Of a stretch of 64,000 nucleotides of DNA, positions 43,539 to 53,373 are shown one piece after another; the first letter of the stretch is position 1, and each line of letters starts with the position of its first letter. The notes beneath the pieces are model-generated. The model was given only the letters and a program-made list of their open reading frames with translations, was not told where the DNA came from and did not search any database. Location of the stretch: the NCBI GenBank assembly GCA_004431415.1, contig QPMI01000038.1, positions 62,001-126,000 of the forward strand, given 5' to 3'. This DNA is from Cyanophora paradoxa CCMP329 (lineage: Eukaryota > Plantae > Glaucophyta). A program made the position numbers and the translations under genes.

Positions 43539-44460
43539 ACTCCAACTGAAACGAATTATCGATTCCATTCATATCAATCAGTTCACCAAAGTAATCTTTA
43601 AACTCAACTGTGAGTTCCCTTATCACCAGGTTTCTGTCATTGATTTGAATAAATTCTGCATGTTCACCACTATGGTAAACATAGCCACCTATATCTTTAC
43701 TCAATTGCAATCGTAGGATAGCTCCCTGGTTGTGTGGTTGCGATTTCGGGATTATATTGTGTCTACTTGCAAAGGGGGCAAGCTCTTTAATATGCATGTA
43801 CAGATACTGCTCAGCATTCATATCAGACATCTTCCTGCTGTCAAAATAATACTGCAAGGGCTTTGAGGAGAGTCTGGGTCCTGAGAAGGTGATTCCCCAT
43901 GCTGGGTGGTCAGGTGTAATAGGTTTGCCATCATACTTCAAAAGGTTCTCAGGTCGATATGGAGATCCACCAACAAGAGGAGTGCTATAATACCCAGTGG
44001 TGTATTCAGTAGAACTTACACCCAAAAGCTTCCCTATTCGCTTGTTGCTTGCAATAAAACGGAACTCATGATTACTGTAAAACTCCACTTTATAGGTTGT
44101 TGGGTTGTAGAATATCTTGAACTCAAAAGCTACTGTTTTGCCTGCAATTGTTTGGAAGCTTGAATAGTTCAGCCCATAATTATAAGGGTGTGTGACCCCA
44201 AAATGACCCTGGTTAATGTAGCCACTGGGAAGGGGATACACTTGTTGTGTGATCACTTGGTTATATGAACCATCTTGGTAATTAAACTGAACTGTTAGAT
44301 GATCAGTTCCCACACTGTTATAGATACTGTTTGGAATCTCTGCATATAGAACCCTGCATTCCCTTGGTCTCTCTACTGGAGTTGTGAGGGTGACCCTGTA
44401 AGAGTTTTCAGATTCCCCTTGGCTTCTATCCCTGCTATCAATATTAACAAGTCGATTCAT
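43528..44460 (-). CDS. Minor capsid (penton-like) protein 2
   Basis: Ortholog of 21470-22402. Confidence 0.85.
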   Translation of the reverse strand: MNRLVNIDSRDRSQGESENSYRVTLTTPVERPRECRVLYAEIPNSIYNSVGTDHLTVQFNYQDGSYNQVITQQVYPLPSGYINQGHFGVTHPYNYGLNYSSFQTIAGKTVAFEFKIFYNPTTYKVEFYSNHEFRFIASNKRIGKLLGVSSTEYTTGYYSTPLVGGSPYRPENLLKYDGKPITPDHPAWGITFSGPRLSSKPLQYYFDSRKMSDMNAEQYLYMHIKELAPFASRHNIIPKSQPHNQGAILRLQLSKDIGGYVYHSGEHAEFIQINDRNLVIRELTVEFKDYFGELIDMNGIDNSFQLEFIE

Positions 44461-44489
44461 TTTAATATATAAATATAGATAAAAGAAGA

Positions 44490-45499
44490 ATGCCTGTGGA
44501 TTACATCGAGGTTAGCTCATTTAATACAATCTCTGGTGATGGTCCCACATCAAGCTTTGTGGCTCGACTCCCCAGTACTTATGAGAATGTGAGGGCTGTG
44601 AGACTGGTCTCAGCAGAATTTTATAACAGCATCCCTATGGTGAGTGGTGAAACCAAAGCAGGAGATATAACAGTTGACAACACTTTTAGTATTTATTATT
44701 CTGAAGAGCTTGCGGGAGCTGGAATTACAGGAATTCCAACAACTCGCCCAGCTTCTGATTTTGAACAATGGAAACAATTCATTGTAAATCGCGAAACCCC
44801 CATTCAAAACCACCAACAGCTGGTGAATGTTATAAATGAAAAGTTTAATGACAGAAATCCTAAACCATCTGTTCGCTGCAAATGGGATGAGTCACTGAAA
44901 CGAATTATATTCCATTCCGAAAAAAGTTTTACCTGGCTTTCTCACTTGCTGTAGACCCAAACCTGAAAACAATCCAAAAGCTGTTAAGCTCAGCTCGACT
45001 TTTTGGTCTTGATCCTGGAAGATATGGGAATTCCCCAATCAAATCCCAAGTTTATGATGCTCTCACTGATAGTATCTTTACTGGAACTCGAGTAAACGGT
45101 ATTATATCTTCATTTGAGCCTGAAATGACCAGGGACAGTGTTTTGTTTGTGAGAGTAAAGGAGCTGGGTGATCTGGTGCAATGTGGGGATGGTCTTCTGA
45201 CTGGTTACTTCCATAAAATAGTGGTCCCTGACAAAGATTATGGTGAGCATGTAGTTTACAATTCGACAGAGGCTCATCCACTTTACAAATACTATAATAA
45301 GAAGGTTGGATTATCCACTTTCTCGGTTGATATTGTTAATGCTGTAAATGAACCAATTGATTTTGAGGGTCAACCTGTTCATCTGACCTTTGAAATTCGC
45401 TATGGTGATGAGCCAGCTGGGGACCCAGTTTATGAATACTATAAGATGAGAATGTCGCAGCTTCACCCTTCCTATCCAGTTATTACAAACTTCGCATAA
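44490..45499 (+). CDS. Minor capsid (penton-like) protein 1, single-base frameshift near 44925
   Basis: Aligns to 20431-21441 on both sides of an A/T homopolymer. Confidence 0.8.
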
Positions 45500-45502
45500 A
45501 TT

Positions 45503-45552
45503 AAGGATCATTGGTGAATTTTTTATGTTGCATTATAATAAAAGAGATAATC
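45503..45552 (+). promoter_or_regulatory. Conserved 50-bp element upstream of MCP
   Basis: Identical to the reverse complement of 20377-20426 in PLV-A. Confidence 0.65.
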
Positions 45553-46923
45553 ATGGATATTACTTCGACCCTCAAACGTCTTTCTCTGAAAGAAGCTCTA
45601 ACAACCCCAGAGGAGGCGAAAGCCTTTTTCCTGGATAACTCCCTTATGCTTGGTCTCGAATCCAAGTCAAAGCCAGTTCTAGTTGTTGTGAATCCCAGCA
45701 ATACTTTCACAAATAATGTAGGAAATCGCATTTCCTTCAAGCTACCTCGCTACAATTTCTGTGGAAAACTCGAACTTGCTTTCGACCTTCCAGCTATCAC
45801 TTTTGCTGGCGATACTGACCTTGTTCGCAATGGATACACTCGCCCAGTTGGTGCTTTAGTTCAGCGACTTGAAATTACCTATGGATCTTACACCTACCAT
45901 ATCCCCTCTGATTTCCTTGCTCATTTCCCCCTGGTCTATTATTCGGAAGATCAACTAGCTAAAAAGAAGCGATCAATGGGCATGGTTCATGGCATCCCTG
46001 CTCATGGAACCAACCGACTTGGTGGCTCATTTTTCGTTGAAATCCCTGTGCCTTGGCTAAATCACTACCTTCCCCTTGGTGCTTTATCTGGTGAAATGGT
46101 TGTTACTGTTTGGTTTAAGGATGTTGGAAAAGGCTATGTTGAAACATCCTATGGTGGTCGTGGTCTTACTGTTGCAGCAGCTGATATAGATTATTCTAAA
46201 GATGATGGTCTTGGAACTGCCCCTGCTGAAACTGTTCTGGCAAATGTTGGACAAAACATCACAGACTTTACTCTTGGTGCAACAACTCCTGAAATTTCAA
46301 TTACTTCTCCTCGCCTTTACATGCATGCTATTAATGTTTCTGATGAGCTTTTCGCTACTGTAATTGAAAAAGTTAAGACTACTGGCATGGCTATTCCCTC
46401 CCTTGATATTGGATTTGTTGATGCTATTGCTTTCCCTGCTAAGGGCAATGCCCAACCCAATCGAATCAACCTCTCACAAATCTCTGGTCTTGTATATGCT
46501 CTGCTTGTTTCAGTTCGTGATAATGCAACTGTTGACAAATCCACAGGCTCCCACAGTGTTCTTAAGACCTATGCCAACTCCAAAGACATCACATTCACAA
46601 CTGAAATAAATGGTCAGCGACTTTTTGCCACTGAGCCAATTTCCCTTCTCAAAGGAGCTGAGCTAATTGCTGATGCCTTCAAATGCTCTAACATGGATAA
46701 GGTTGCTGATCGCTATGTCCTTTCAGGACTCCCATTCTGCCTTGATGGAGAAAAGGCAATTCGAAATATTGCCCAGTCTGGTTATGTTGATTTAACAAAT
46801 TCCTCATCTTCATTCCTCACCCTCTACATGCCTTCAGATAAGGTAATCGATGTTAATGTTCGCGCTCTCATGCATAGTTTCATAATTTTGGACAAAGATG
46901 GTCTCCGAAGAATTAATTTATAG
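45553..46923 (+). CDS. Major capsid protein, 456 aa
   Basis: Ortholog of 19006-20376. Confidence 0.8.
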   Translation: MDITSTLKRLSLKEALTTPEEAKAFFLDNSLMLGLESKSKPVLVVVNPSNTFTNNVGNRISFKLPRYNFCGKLELAFDLPAITFAGDTDLVRNGYTRPVGALVQRLEITYGSYTYHIPSDFLAHFPLVYYSEDQLAKKKRSMGMVHGIPAHGTNRLGGSFFVEIPVPWLNHYLPLGALSGEMVVTVWFKDVGKGYVETSYGGRGLTVAAADIDYSKDDGLGTAPAETVLANVGQNITDFTLGATTPEISITSPRLYMHAINVSDELFATVIEKVKTTGMAIPSLDIGFVDAIAFPAKGNAQPNRINLSQISGLVYALLVSVRDNATVDKSTGSHSVLKTYANSKDITFTTEINGQRLFATEPISLLKGAELIADAFKCSNMDKVADRYVLSGLPFCLDGEKAIRNIAQSGYVDLTNSSSSFLTLYMPSDKVIDVNVRALMHSFIILDKDGLRRINL

Positions 46924-46988
46924 ATTGTTACGATATTCAGTCTCTCTGCATTATTTTTATCTGTATTTATTTAGAAAGATATACAACA

Positions 46989-47771
46989 ATGACTGATTTG
47001 GATGAATTTGTGGCTGGTGAAATGATAGAACCACCATTTCGAGTCCTAGCCATTGGCAAATCTGCTACTGGTAAATCAGAAGCTGTAAAGTATTGGTTAA
47101 AGCAGTTGCATGATGCCAAAAAGATTGATGTTGTATTGGTTGTGAGTGGAACCAGCTTCAATCATTTCTGGGATAAAGTGGCAACACTGCAACTGGGAAA
47201 ATGGGATGCCCCTTACATTGCTAAATTGCTAGATGAGAGGCAAGAGAAAATAGAAAATGGTGAACCTGTTAACCAGTTATGTGTAGTTTTAGATGATTTA
47301 ATCGATAATGAGATAGTAGATTTGACCAGGGATAAAAGAATCGGATCTCTGTATTCCAGAGGTCGCCATTCGAAAATATCCATTATCTGCATCACACAAA
47401 AGCTAAGAAAAGTCTCTTCGACTATTCGAGTCAATTCTGACTATGCTATGTTTCTCAGTGCTGCTAATCGCAAAGAACTTGAAGCCATAGAGGAAGAATA
47501 CAATATAATGCGAAATAAAGAGGATTTCTACAAGATGTTTGAAGAGTATGTTCACTCCTATCAGTATATCATTTGGTCCTCTGCAAATTACTCAGTTAAA
47601 TACTATGTAGATAAAGCTGAGCTTGTGAAAGATTTCCCATTTCCTCGCTTCCACAGGAAGCCAAAAAAGAAAGAAGATGAACTGAAACCACCAGAGAAAG
47701 AGGAAGCCCCTAAAGAAGTGAAAAGCCAAATCCATAGCAATAAATTGATGAGATATAAACGCGGTTTATAA
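46989..47771 (+). CDS. A32-like packaging ATPase
   Basis: GKSATGKS, VVLDD, RGRH, TQ. Confidence 0.95.
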   Translation: MTDLDEFVAGEMIEPPFRVLAIGKSATGKSEAVKYWLKQLHDAKKIDVVLVVSGTSFNHFWDKVATLQLGKWDAPYIAKLLDERQEKIENGEPVNQLCVVLDDLIDNEIVDLTRDKRIGSLYSRGRHSKISIICITQKLRKVSSTIRVNSDYAMFLSAANRKELEAIEEEYNIMRNKEDFYKMFEEYVHSYQYIIWSSANYSVKYYVDKAELVKDFPFPRFHRKPKKKEDELKPPEKEEAPKEVKSQIHSNKLMRYKRGL

Positions 47772-47799
47772 AATTATCTCTCATTCTAATAAAGATACA

Positions 47800-48534
47800 A
47801 TGCCTCCCAAACGAAAGATAGGGATTCCAGCTGGGGCTGTTGGCTATTCAGGTGGTGGAAACAATGGATCCATTAACACTGAACCACTGAAGTTCAATGG
47901 TATGAATGAGGTGAAGCCCTCACAGCAAGAAGAGGACCCTCTTAATGCTGCCTATGAGGAATCAGTCGATGACAAAGCCCCACAGGCTTCAACCAGTGAC
48001 CAACTCAACATTTCACCAGAAGCCTCAAAAATGAAAGCTGTTGCTGAGGGTGCCAGGCGAATTATTGGTGCTGCTGATGATAAAGGTTTAGGCTTGCAAG
48101 ATCTGTCATTGGCTCGCAAAGGTGAAGGTCTAAGTAAAGAATCAGACAAGGTTATTCAGTCTATGGCTGGTGAAGTCACATACAAGACTGCTCCCACTCA
48201 GAATGTTCATCGAATCCCCAAAGCTCAATGGGATGAGATGACTGCTAAACTCAAAGATCTGGAAGCCAAATCAAGTGCCTTGGAGCAGTATGTTACTGAG
48301 AAGAAAGAGAGAGCCAAGTTAAAGGAGATGCTTCGAAAGGAAGTTTATAAAATGGGCATTACTGGTGTCCCAGATAAACAGTTTATTGCTAAGAAAGAGA
48401 ACCAAATCGATGAGCAGGCAGTAGATGAAATGAAAACAAAGACCCAAAAGGGAACCATTGAACCTGGTGCCACCAAAGCTGAAGTAGAAAAGGGAGTTGC
48501 CCCAGCAGTATATAAAAGACGAGTTTGGCTTTAA
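47800..48534 (+). CDS. Conserved hypothetical viral protein (244 aa)
   Basis: Ortholog of 17399-18132; very high similarity. Confidence 0.85.
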   Translation: MPPKRKIGIPAGAVGYSGGGNNGSINTEPLKFNGMNEVKPSQQEEDPLNAAYEESVDDKAPQASTSDQLNISPEASKMKAVAEGARRIIGAADDKGLGLQDLSLARKGEGLSKESDKVIQSMAGEVTYKTAPTQNVHRIPKAQWDEMTAKLKDLEAKSSALEQYVTEKKERAKLKEMLRKEVYKMGITGVPDKQFIAKKENQIDEQAVDEMKTKTQKGTIEPGATKAEVEKGVAPAVYKRRVWL

Positions 48535-48556
48535 TTATCTCTGTTTTATTAGAGAT

Positions 48557-48829
48557 ATGGACATAATACGAAAGTTCTTCGAGATGTTCAGTCTGCATGT
48601 GGTGAGCAATTGCCACAGTGGATGTTGTGAGACAACAGTGGAGTTTGAGATGTCAGATAATGAGGATAATGCCTCAGAAGCAAGAGAGAGAAGGAGGTCT
48701 ACAGTTTCTGTGGAGTCAATGCCAGCAGACCCCACAGAGTATACATATGAGCAACAGGAGTATCCAAGGAGAAGTTCTCTGCCAGCAGAAAACGTTTTCT
48801 CTGGGAATATAAATGGAGGATACTATTAG
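48557..48829 (+). CDS. Small conserved viral protein (SNCHSGCC motif)
   Basis: Ortholog of 17138-17371; ATG at 48557. Confidence 0.75.
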   Translation: MDIIRKFFEMFSLHVVSNCHSGCCETTVEFEMSDNEDNASEARERRRSTVSVESMPADPTEYTYEQQEYPRRSSLPAENVFSGNINGGYY

Positions 48830-49058
48830 TTTAATCGAGTTTACCAGTGATGAACCTGTTACTGAGGGTTCTATAAGACACATTCTAGCAATGCAGAAAC
48901 GATATAGAGAGGACCCAGCATATAGAGAGTATAAGAAGCAACAAGCCCTGGCATCCTATTATCGCAGAAAAGCCCAAAAAGAGGAGCAGAGACCCAGAGG
49001 AAGACCGATTAAATATTATTTGCCAACTGAAAGTAGCAATGGACCCCCAGGTCTATAA
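48813..49058 (+). CDS. Small basic protein with AT-hook-like motif
   Basis: RPRGRP; homolog of 16709-16936. Confidence 0.7.
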   Translation: MEDTISLIEFTSDEPVTEGSIRHILAMQKRYREDPAYREYKKQQALASYYRRKAQKEEQRPRGRPIKYYLPTESSNGPPGL

Positions 49059-49145
49059 GAAAATTGAGAAAAAGCGGTCTCAGTATGCTAATGAGGCAGC
49101 TATAAAAATATATACAAAGGAATTGGCTTTATACTTGCAATCAAG

Positions 49146-49366
49146 TCACAGATAACTTTTGTAAATATGCTTTTGTTGTTTTTTGTTTGCATTCTCAGAC
49201 ACTGAAACAGTTATGTGAATGTTTACTGATCTATTTCTCTTTGGTTTTGCTGCATACATATTGTAACCTATCAATCTCTGTGACATTTCGATATATGCTC
49301 CAATATCTCCATGCTTAATGCATTTATCTAACTCACTCATGGTCATCTCATCAAGAGTCTTTGCCA
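49146..49366 (-). CDS. Small hypothetical viral protein
   Basis: MAKTLDEM... ORF with AAAATTTGA upstream. Confidence 0.5.
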
Positions 49367-49433
49367 TTTTGTCTTCACTATACACAATCAAGTAAGCCTT
49401 AAGTATTCTTGTCAAATTTTGGTCTTTTCCGAT

Positions 49434-49552
49434 AGGTGTGACAGGTGTGACAGGTGTGACAGGTCTATCCCATCGATTTTGAAGATCAACTTTTCACCAG
49501 GGCTTTCCTTGGGATGGACCTGTCACACCTGTCACACAAACCATTTTCAGTA
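49434..49552. repeat. Inverted iteron array downstream of the primase-helicase
   Basis: (GGTGTGACA)3GGTCTATCCC ... GGGATGGACCTGTCACACCTGTCACAC; 27-bp arms with one mismatch. Confidence 0.9.
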
Positions 49553-49596
49553 AGGCTATAAAAATATATGTAAATCTCAATCATCAATCGTTTTGT

Positions 49597-51922
49597 TTAA
49601 TATTCGGCATCATCTTCATTGTCTTCCTGAACCCTTGTTATCTTTCGAATCCCAATATATCCTCTGGCTAGAATTCCATTAACTCGTTTTCTTTCTGATT
49701 TTACATTGAAGATCTCCCTTACTCTTTTCATAACAGATACACATTCAACTTTATCATCAACACTTTTGTATGATTTGTAAATGATATCACTGGAAACAAA
49801 GTCGTTAGCATTATGTGTAACCTCGAAATTATCTCGAAGCCATTCACCAATCTTGTCATTTTCAGCTATAAAGTTAATTCCCTGTTCAATAATCGATTGA
49901 GGGGACTTCTTAAGATCTCTTCAACCTCTTTGTTCTTCCACATATCCAGTAATATCTTCATGTGAGCCATCTTATACTCATCATCATTGTGAAGAAGTGT
50001 GAACAGAGTTGGATCAGCTTTCTTCTGACCAGCTTCTGGCTTCTCTCTGAATATATTATTGAATCTCTGATAGGAAAGCCTTCTTTGAATTGCAAAGTCT
50101 GGTTTATTTATAGTCAAATTGTCATTAGTTGTAATGTAGACCTGAAACATTGGGGTAAGGATAACTGGGTCTTTGAACAAGGCTCTCACAGTCATTTCAT
50201 TTCCACCTGTGACCTCCTTAATCTTGGAGATCTGCAGTTTATCACCATCTTCAGCCTCATTACTGAATACAAGTCGCTTTCCAAGGAGTTTGGCAAGTTC
50301 AGGAGTAGCCTCTGATGAGTTCTTTTTAGGCTTAGTCCAATAGGATATTTCGAGAGGGCTGTAATAACGACCAGATATCTGTTTGCAGTATTCCTGAACA
50401 AGTGATTTACCATTAGCACCAGCACCAGTCCACATATAGAACTTCTGGGATTTAGTTGATCCACTAAGAGCAATTGCAATGGATGCCAGAAGATACTTTC
50501 GCTCTGCTGGATCATCCACAATCTCTTTATAAATCTGATTGAGATGCTCTATTTTCTTGGGGTCTACATTTTCAGTATAGTCATAACCCACAGTCTTGCT
50601 CACCATATCTTCCAGTTTACCCTTTCTGAAAGTCATAGTGGTCAGATCAAATACACCATTTTCGAATCCAATCACATATGGAACAGTGTCAATCTTCTCA
50701 AAGAATTCATCATCATTCAGCAGTGGGACCAAGTCAGTCAGAAGGGATTTGCGAAATCCTGATTGTTTAAGATTTTTGGCAATGGTCATCAATGTTTTGG
50801 ATCTTTCTTCGAAAGTTGCTTTGTTTTCCTCATCCTTTAAAGCTCTTTGACTATAATGCACAGCCCTTCCAAGGTATTGGGGGACAACAAGACGGCTTAT
50901 ATCTAGGTAAATCTTTAGGTTTGTGTCATCAAGCTCCCAAATCCCAGTATCAGTATTGAGTTTGAACCATGACTTTTTGGAGTATCTCCAAGTGTGTTTC
51001 AGAACCTCTTTGCATACTAAACTTACATCATAATGAGCGCCACCAGAACCAGCGGATTTATCTATAAGATTAAAGATATCAGATTGCATTCCAATGCAGA
51101 TGAATCGTTTTTTGCAATTTCCACTGTAGCTTGACACAATGTATTTGTTATCATCTCCTTTAGCTTTCATAACATACCAGTTATTCGATTCATGTGAACC
51201 ATTGCAGCATGGGCAATTGAGTCCCTTGTTAGCAGCATCAAAGTTAAAGCCAAGTTCAGTTTTAGAGATTATATTGGGATGGATAAATCCCATATCCACC
51301 AGCTCTTTGATAATATTGTTTTCCAGTTCATCATTTGAGGTAGCATTAGCAGTATACTCACTCTTATAGATGTAGTTATCGATAATCCACTTTTTGAAGT
51401 CATCAGTAGGCTCATTGAAATCACAGGTATCATCCCATGGGAGATTACCCAAGACTTGTTGACACTGGGACACACATTGATCAATCCAGAAGTTCCAGTT
51501 CCAGTGATTGTTTTCAGGTCAACCTTTTCAAAGCCTTTAAAGCCTGGAGCCTTATCGGTGATTTTGAGTTTAGTGAACTCCTCAGGTCGTTTAAAGTAGA
51601 CATGATAGCCTTTTTTAGTTTTTGCCATGGGCTGATTGGCATCAAAGTCATCAGGAAACATATCCCGGAATTTCTCAAAGTTCTCCTCATCATCAAAGTC
51701 AATAACCATCATGTTGTCTGAGAGCAGAATGCCCCAAGATACATACTGATTAGTTGCCAGCGCTTCCTCATACTTTTCCCAGGACCAAGCACCTCCCTTA
51801 TGCTTGAAAACTGGGTCTTTGCTGTCAGGTTTCACTGGGATAATCATGTTTTTGGCTAGATCCTCATCAGATCTGAGCCAGTTAGCGAGCGATTTGAGCG
51901 ATTTAGTCTGTTTGGCGTTCAT
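49597..51922 (-). CDS. PrimPol-D5 primase-helicase, frameshifts near 51440 and 49900
   Basis: Pieces align collinearly to 14151-16514; VIDFD, GYHVYF, GAGANGKS; stop at 49597. Confidence 0.9.
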
Positions 51923-52135
51923 TTTCAGCGATTGGGGGTCCCTTTTATATATATAGAAGATTTTTCTTTAAGTAGTTTTGGGTCCCCCAATCATTTTTTG
52001 GTGGAAATCGAGAAAGTATCCCTACGAAATATTTCCACACGACTTATCGAGTGGTTTAGATACAAAAAGGATGAATGGGTATTTCAGCGAATAAACAGCA
52101 TATCCCCAGCCTAGTAATATGCTGGGAAAAATAAT

Positions 52136-52390
52136 TTAGACATGTTTCGATTTTCTCCCTCTGTTTGAGTAAGGGACATCATACAAATACTTGACAAAGC
52201 AGACTGCATTGGCTGCATACTTTCGCTGACATGAACTTGCTATTTTCATGGCTCTATAAGTATCATCAGTGTTATATAGATCTCTAAGCTGTGTGGCTAT
52301 TGTTTCGTTAAACTTTTTGATTTGAGCCTTACCTTTTTCAGTTTGCTGATATCTCTTCATAGCTCTCTTCTGGGCTTCACTGAGTGGCAT
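52136..52390 (-). CDS. Small basic hypothetical protein
   Basis: MPLSEAQKRAMKRY; shares the upstream AT motif of its neighbours. Confidence 0.7.
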   Translation of the reverse strand: MPLSEAQKRAMKRYQQTEKGKAQIKKFNETIATQLRDLYNTDDTYRAMKIASSCQRKYAANAVCFVKYLYDVPYSNRGRKSKHV

Positions 52391-52446
52391 TTTTCCTCTG
52401 TCTCTCTTAATATATATAGAGAATTCTTTAAATCATTTTTTGTTCT

Positions 52447-53262
52447 CTAACCTCTTTGTCCAAATCGCTCAATATACATAAGTTTGAAATGCTTACCTAG
52501 CAATGCTACAAATGGTTCGATTTCCAAGGTCTCCCATGTTTTCTTGTCCTTATTCCATCTGCAATCTAATCCTTTTGCGATATCCTTTTTAAGATAAGGC
52601 ACCTGAAACCCAGCAACCAATGTGTTTGTTGTACTGAGTTCTGCATACATTTCAATCAATGCAGATCTGCCCTCTCTGAACCTCTCTATATCATCTCTGC
52701 GAAGATTATCCATTTTCGGAATAAATTGGTTGCACCAAATCAGGAAAAGATTAACTGCATGTTTATTCCTTGCTCTTTCTTGTTCTAATTCTCTCTGTCT
52801 TCGCTCTCTTTCTTCTAATTCAAGCTGCCTCTTTCGAGCTTCCTCTTGTTTTTCAAGTTCTCTTTTTCTTTCCAGTTCTTCTTGCTTTAAAGCGATTCTG
52901 CACTTATTACAGAAATTATCCTTTCGGTTTTTATGCCGATCTCCACATCTTTCACATATATCTTGACCTCTGGCACCCTTTGGAATAAATCGTAAAATGC
53001 AGCAATTCCCAACAATGACCACAATCTTTTTATTAACATGCAGAATATAGCATTGCTCTTTAATTGGATGATCACAGGCGCAATGCTCAGACTCTGGAGG
53101 CAGGTCATAGTCACTTAATCCATATTTTGCAAGCTTTGCCCAAAGAGGGAGCGGTTTCCTGTTACTTCCAAGAGCAACATAATCATTGAAGTTATCAGAT
53201 CCACAAAGCAACATTAAAGCCGCTTTGAGCTTTTCCAGGCAATACGATTTCTTCTCTGCCAT
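52447..53262 (-). CDS. Cys-rich protein with coiled coil and C-terminal DUF5710-like motif
   Basis: CACDHPI...VGNCCI; CERC...CNKC; VPYLKKDIAKGLDCRWNKDKKTW. Confidence 0.75.
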   Translation of the reverse strand: MAEKKSYCLEKLKAALMLLCGSDNFNDYVALGSNRKPLPLWAKLAKYGLSDYDLPPESEHCACDHPIKEQCYILHVNKKIVVIVGNCCILRFIPKGARGQDICERCGDRHKNRKDNFCNKCRIALKQEELERKRELEKQEEARKRQLELEERERRQRELEQERARNKHAVNLFLIWCNQFIPKMDNLRRDDIERFREGRSALIEMYAELSTTNTLVAGFQVPYLKKDIAKGLDCRWNKDKKTWETLEIEPFVALLGKHFKLMYIERFGQRG

Positions 53263-53373
53263 TGTCCTTTTATATATATAGAAGATATTTCTTTAAGTAG
53301 TTTTCATCAAATTTTTGCGTTTGGACTATCCCCATTTAAAACCTCCCCTTTTAGTAGGAACAAGTTAGGAACT

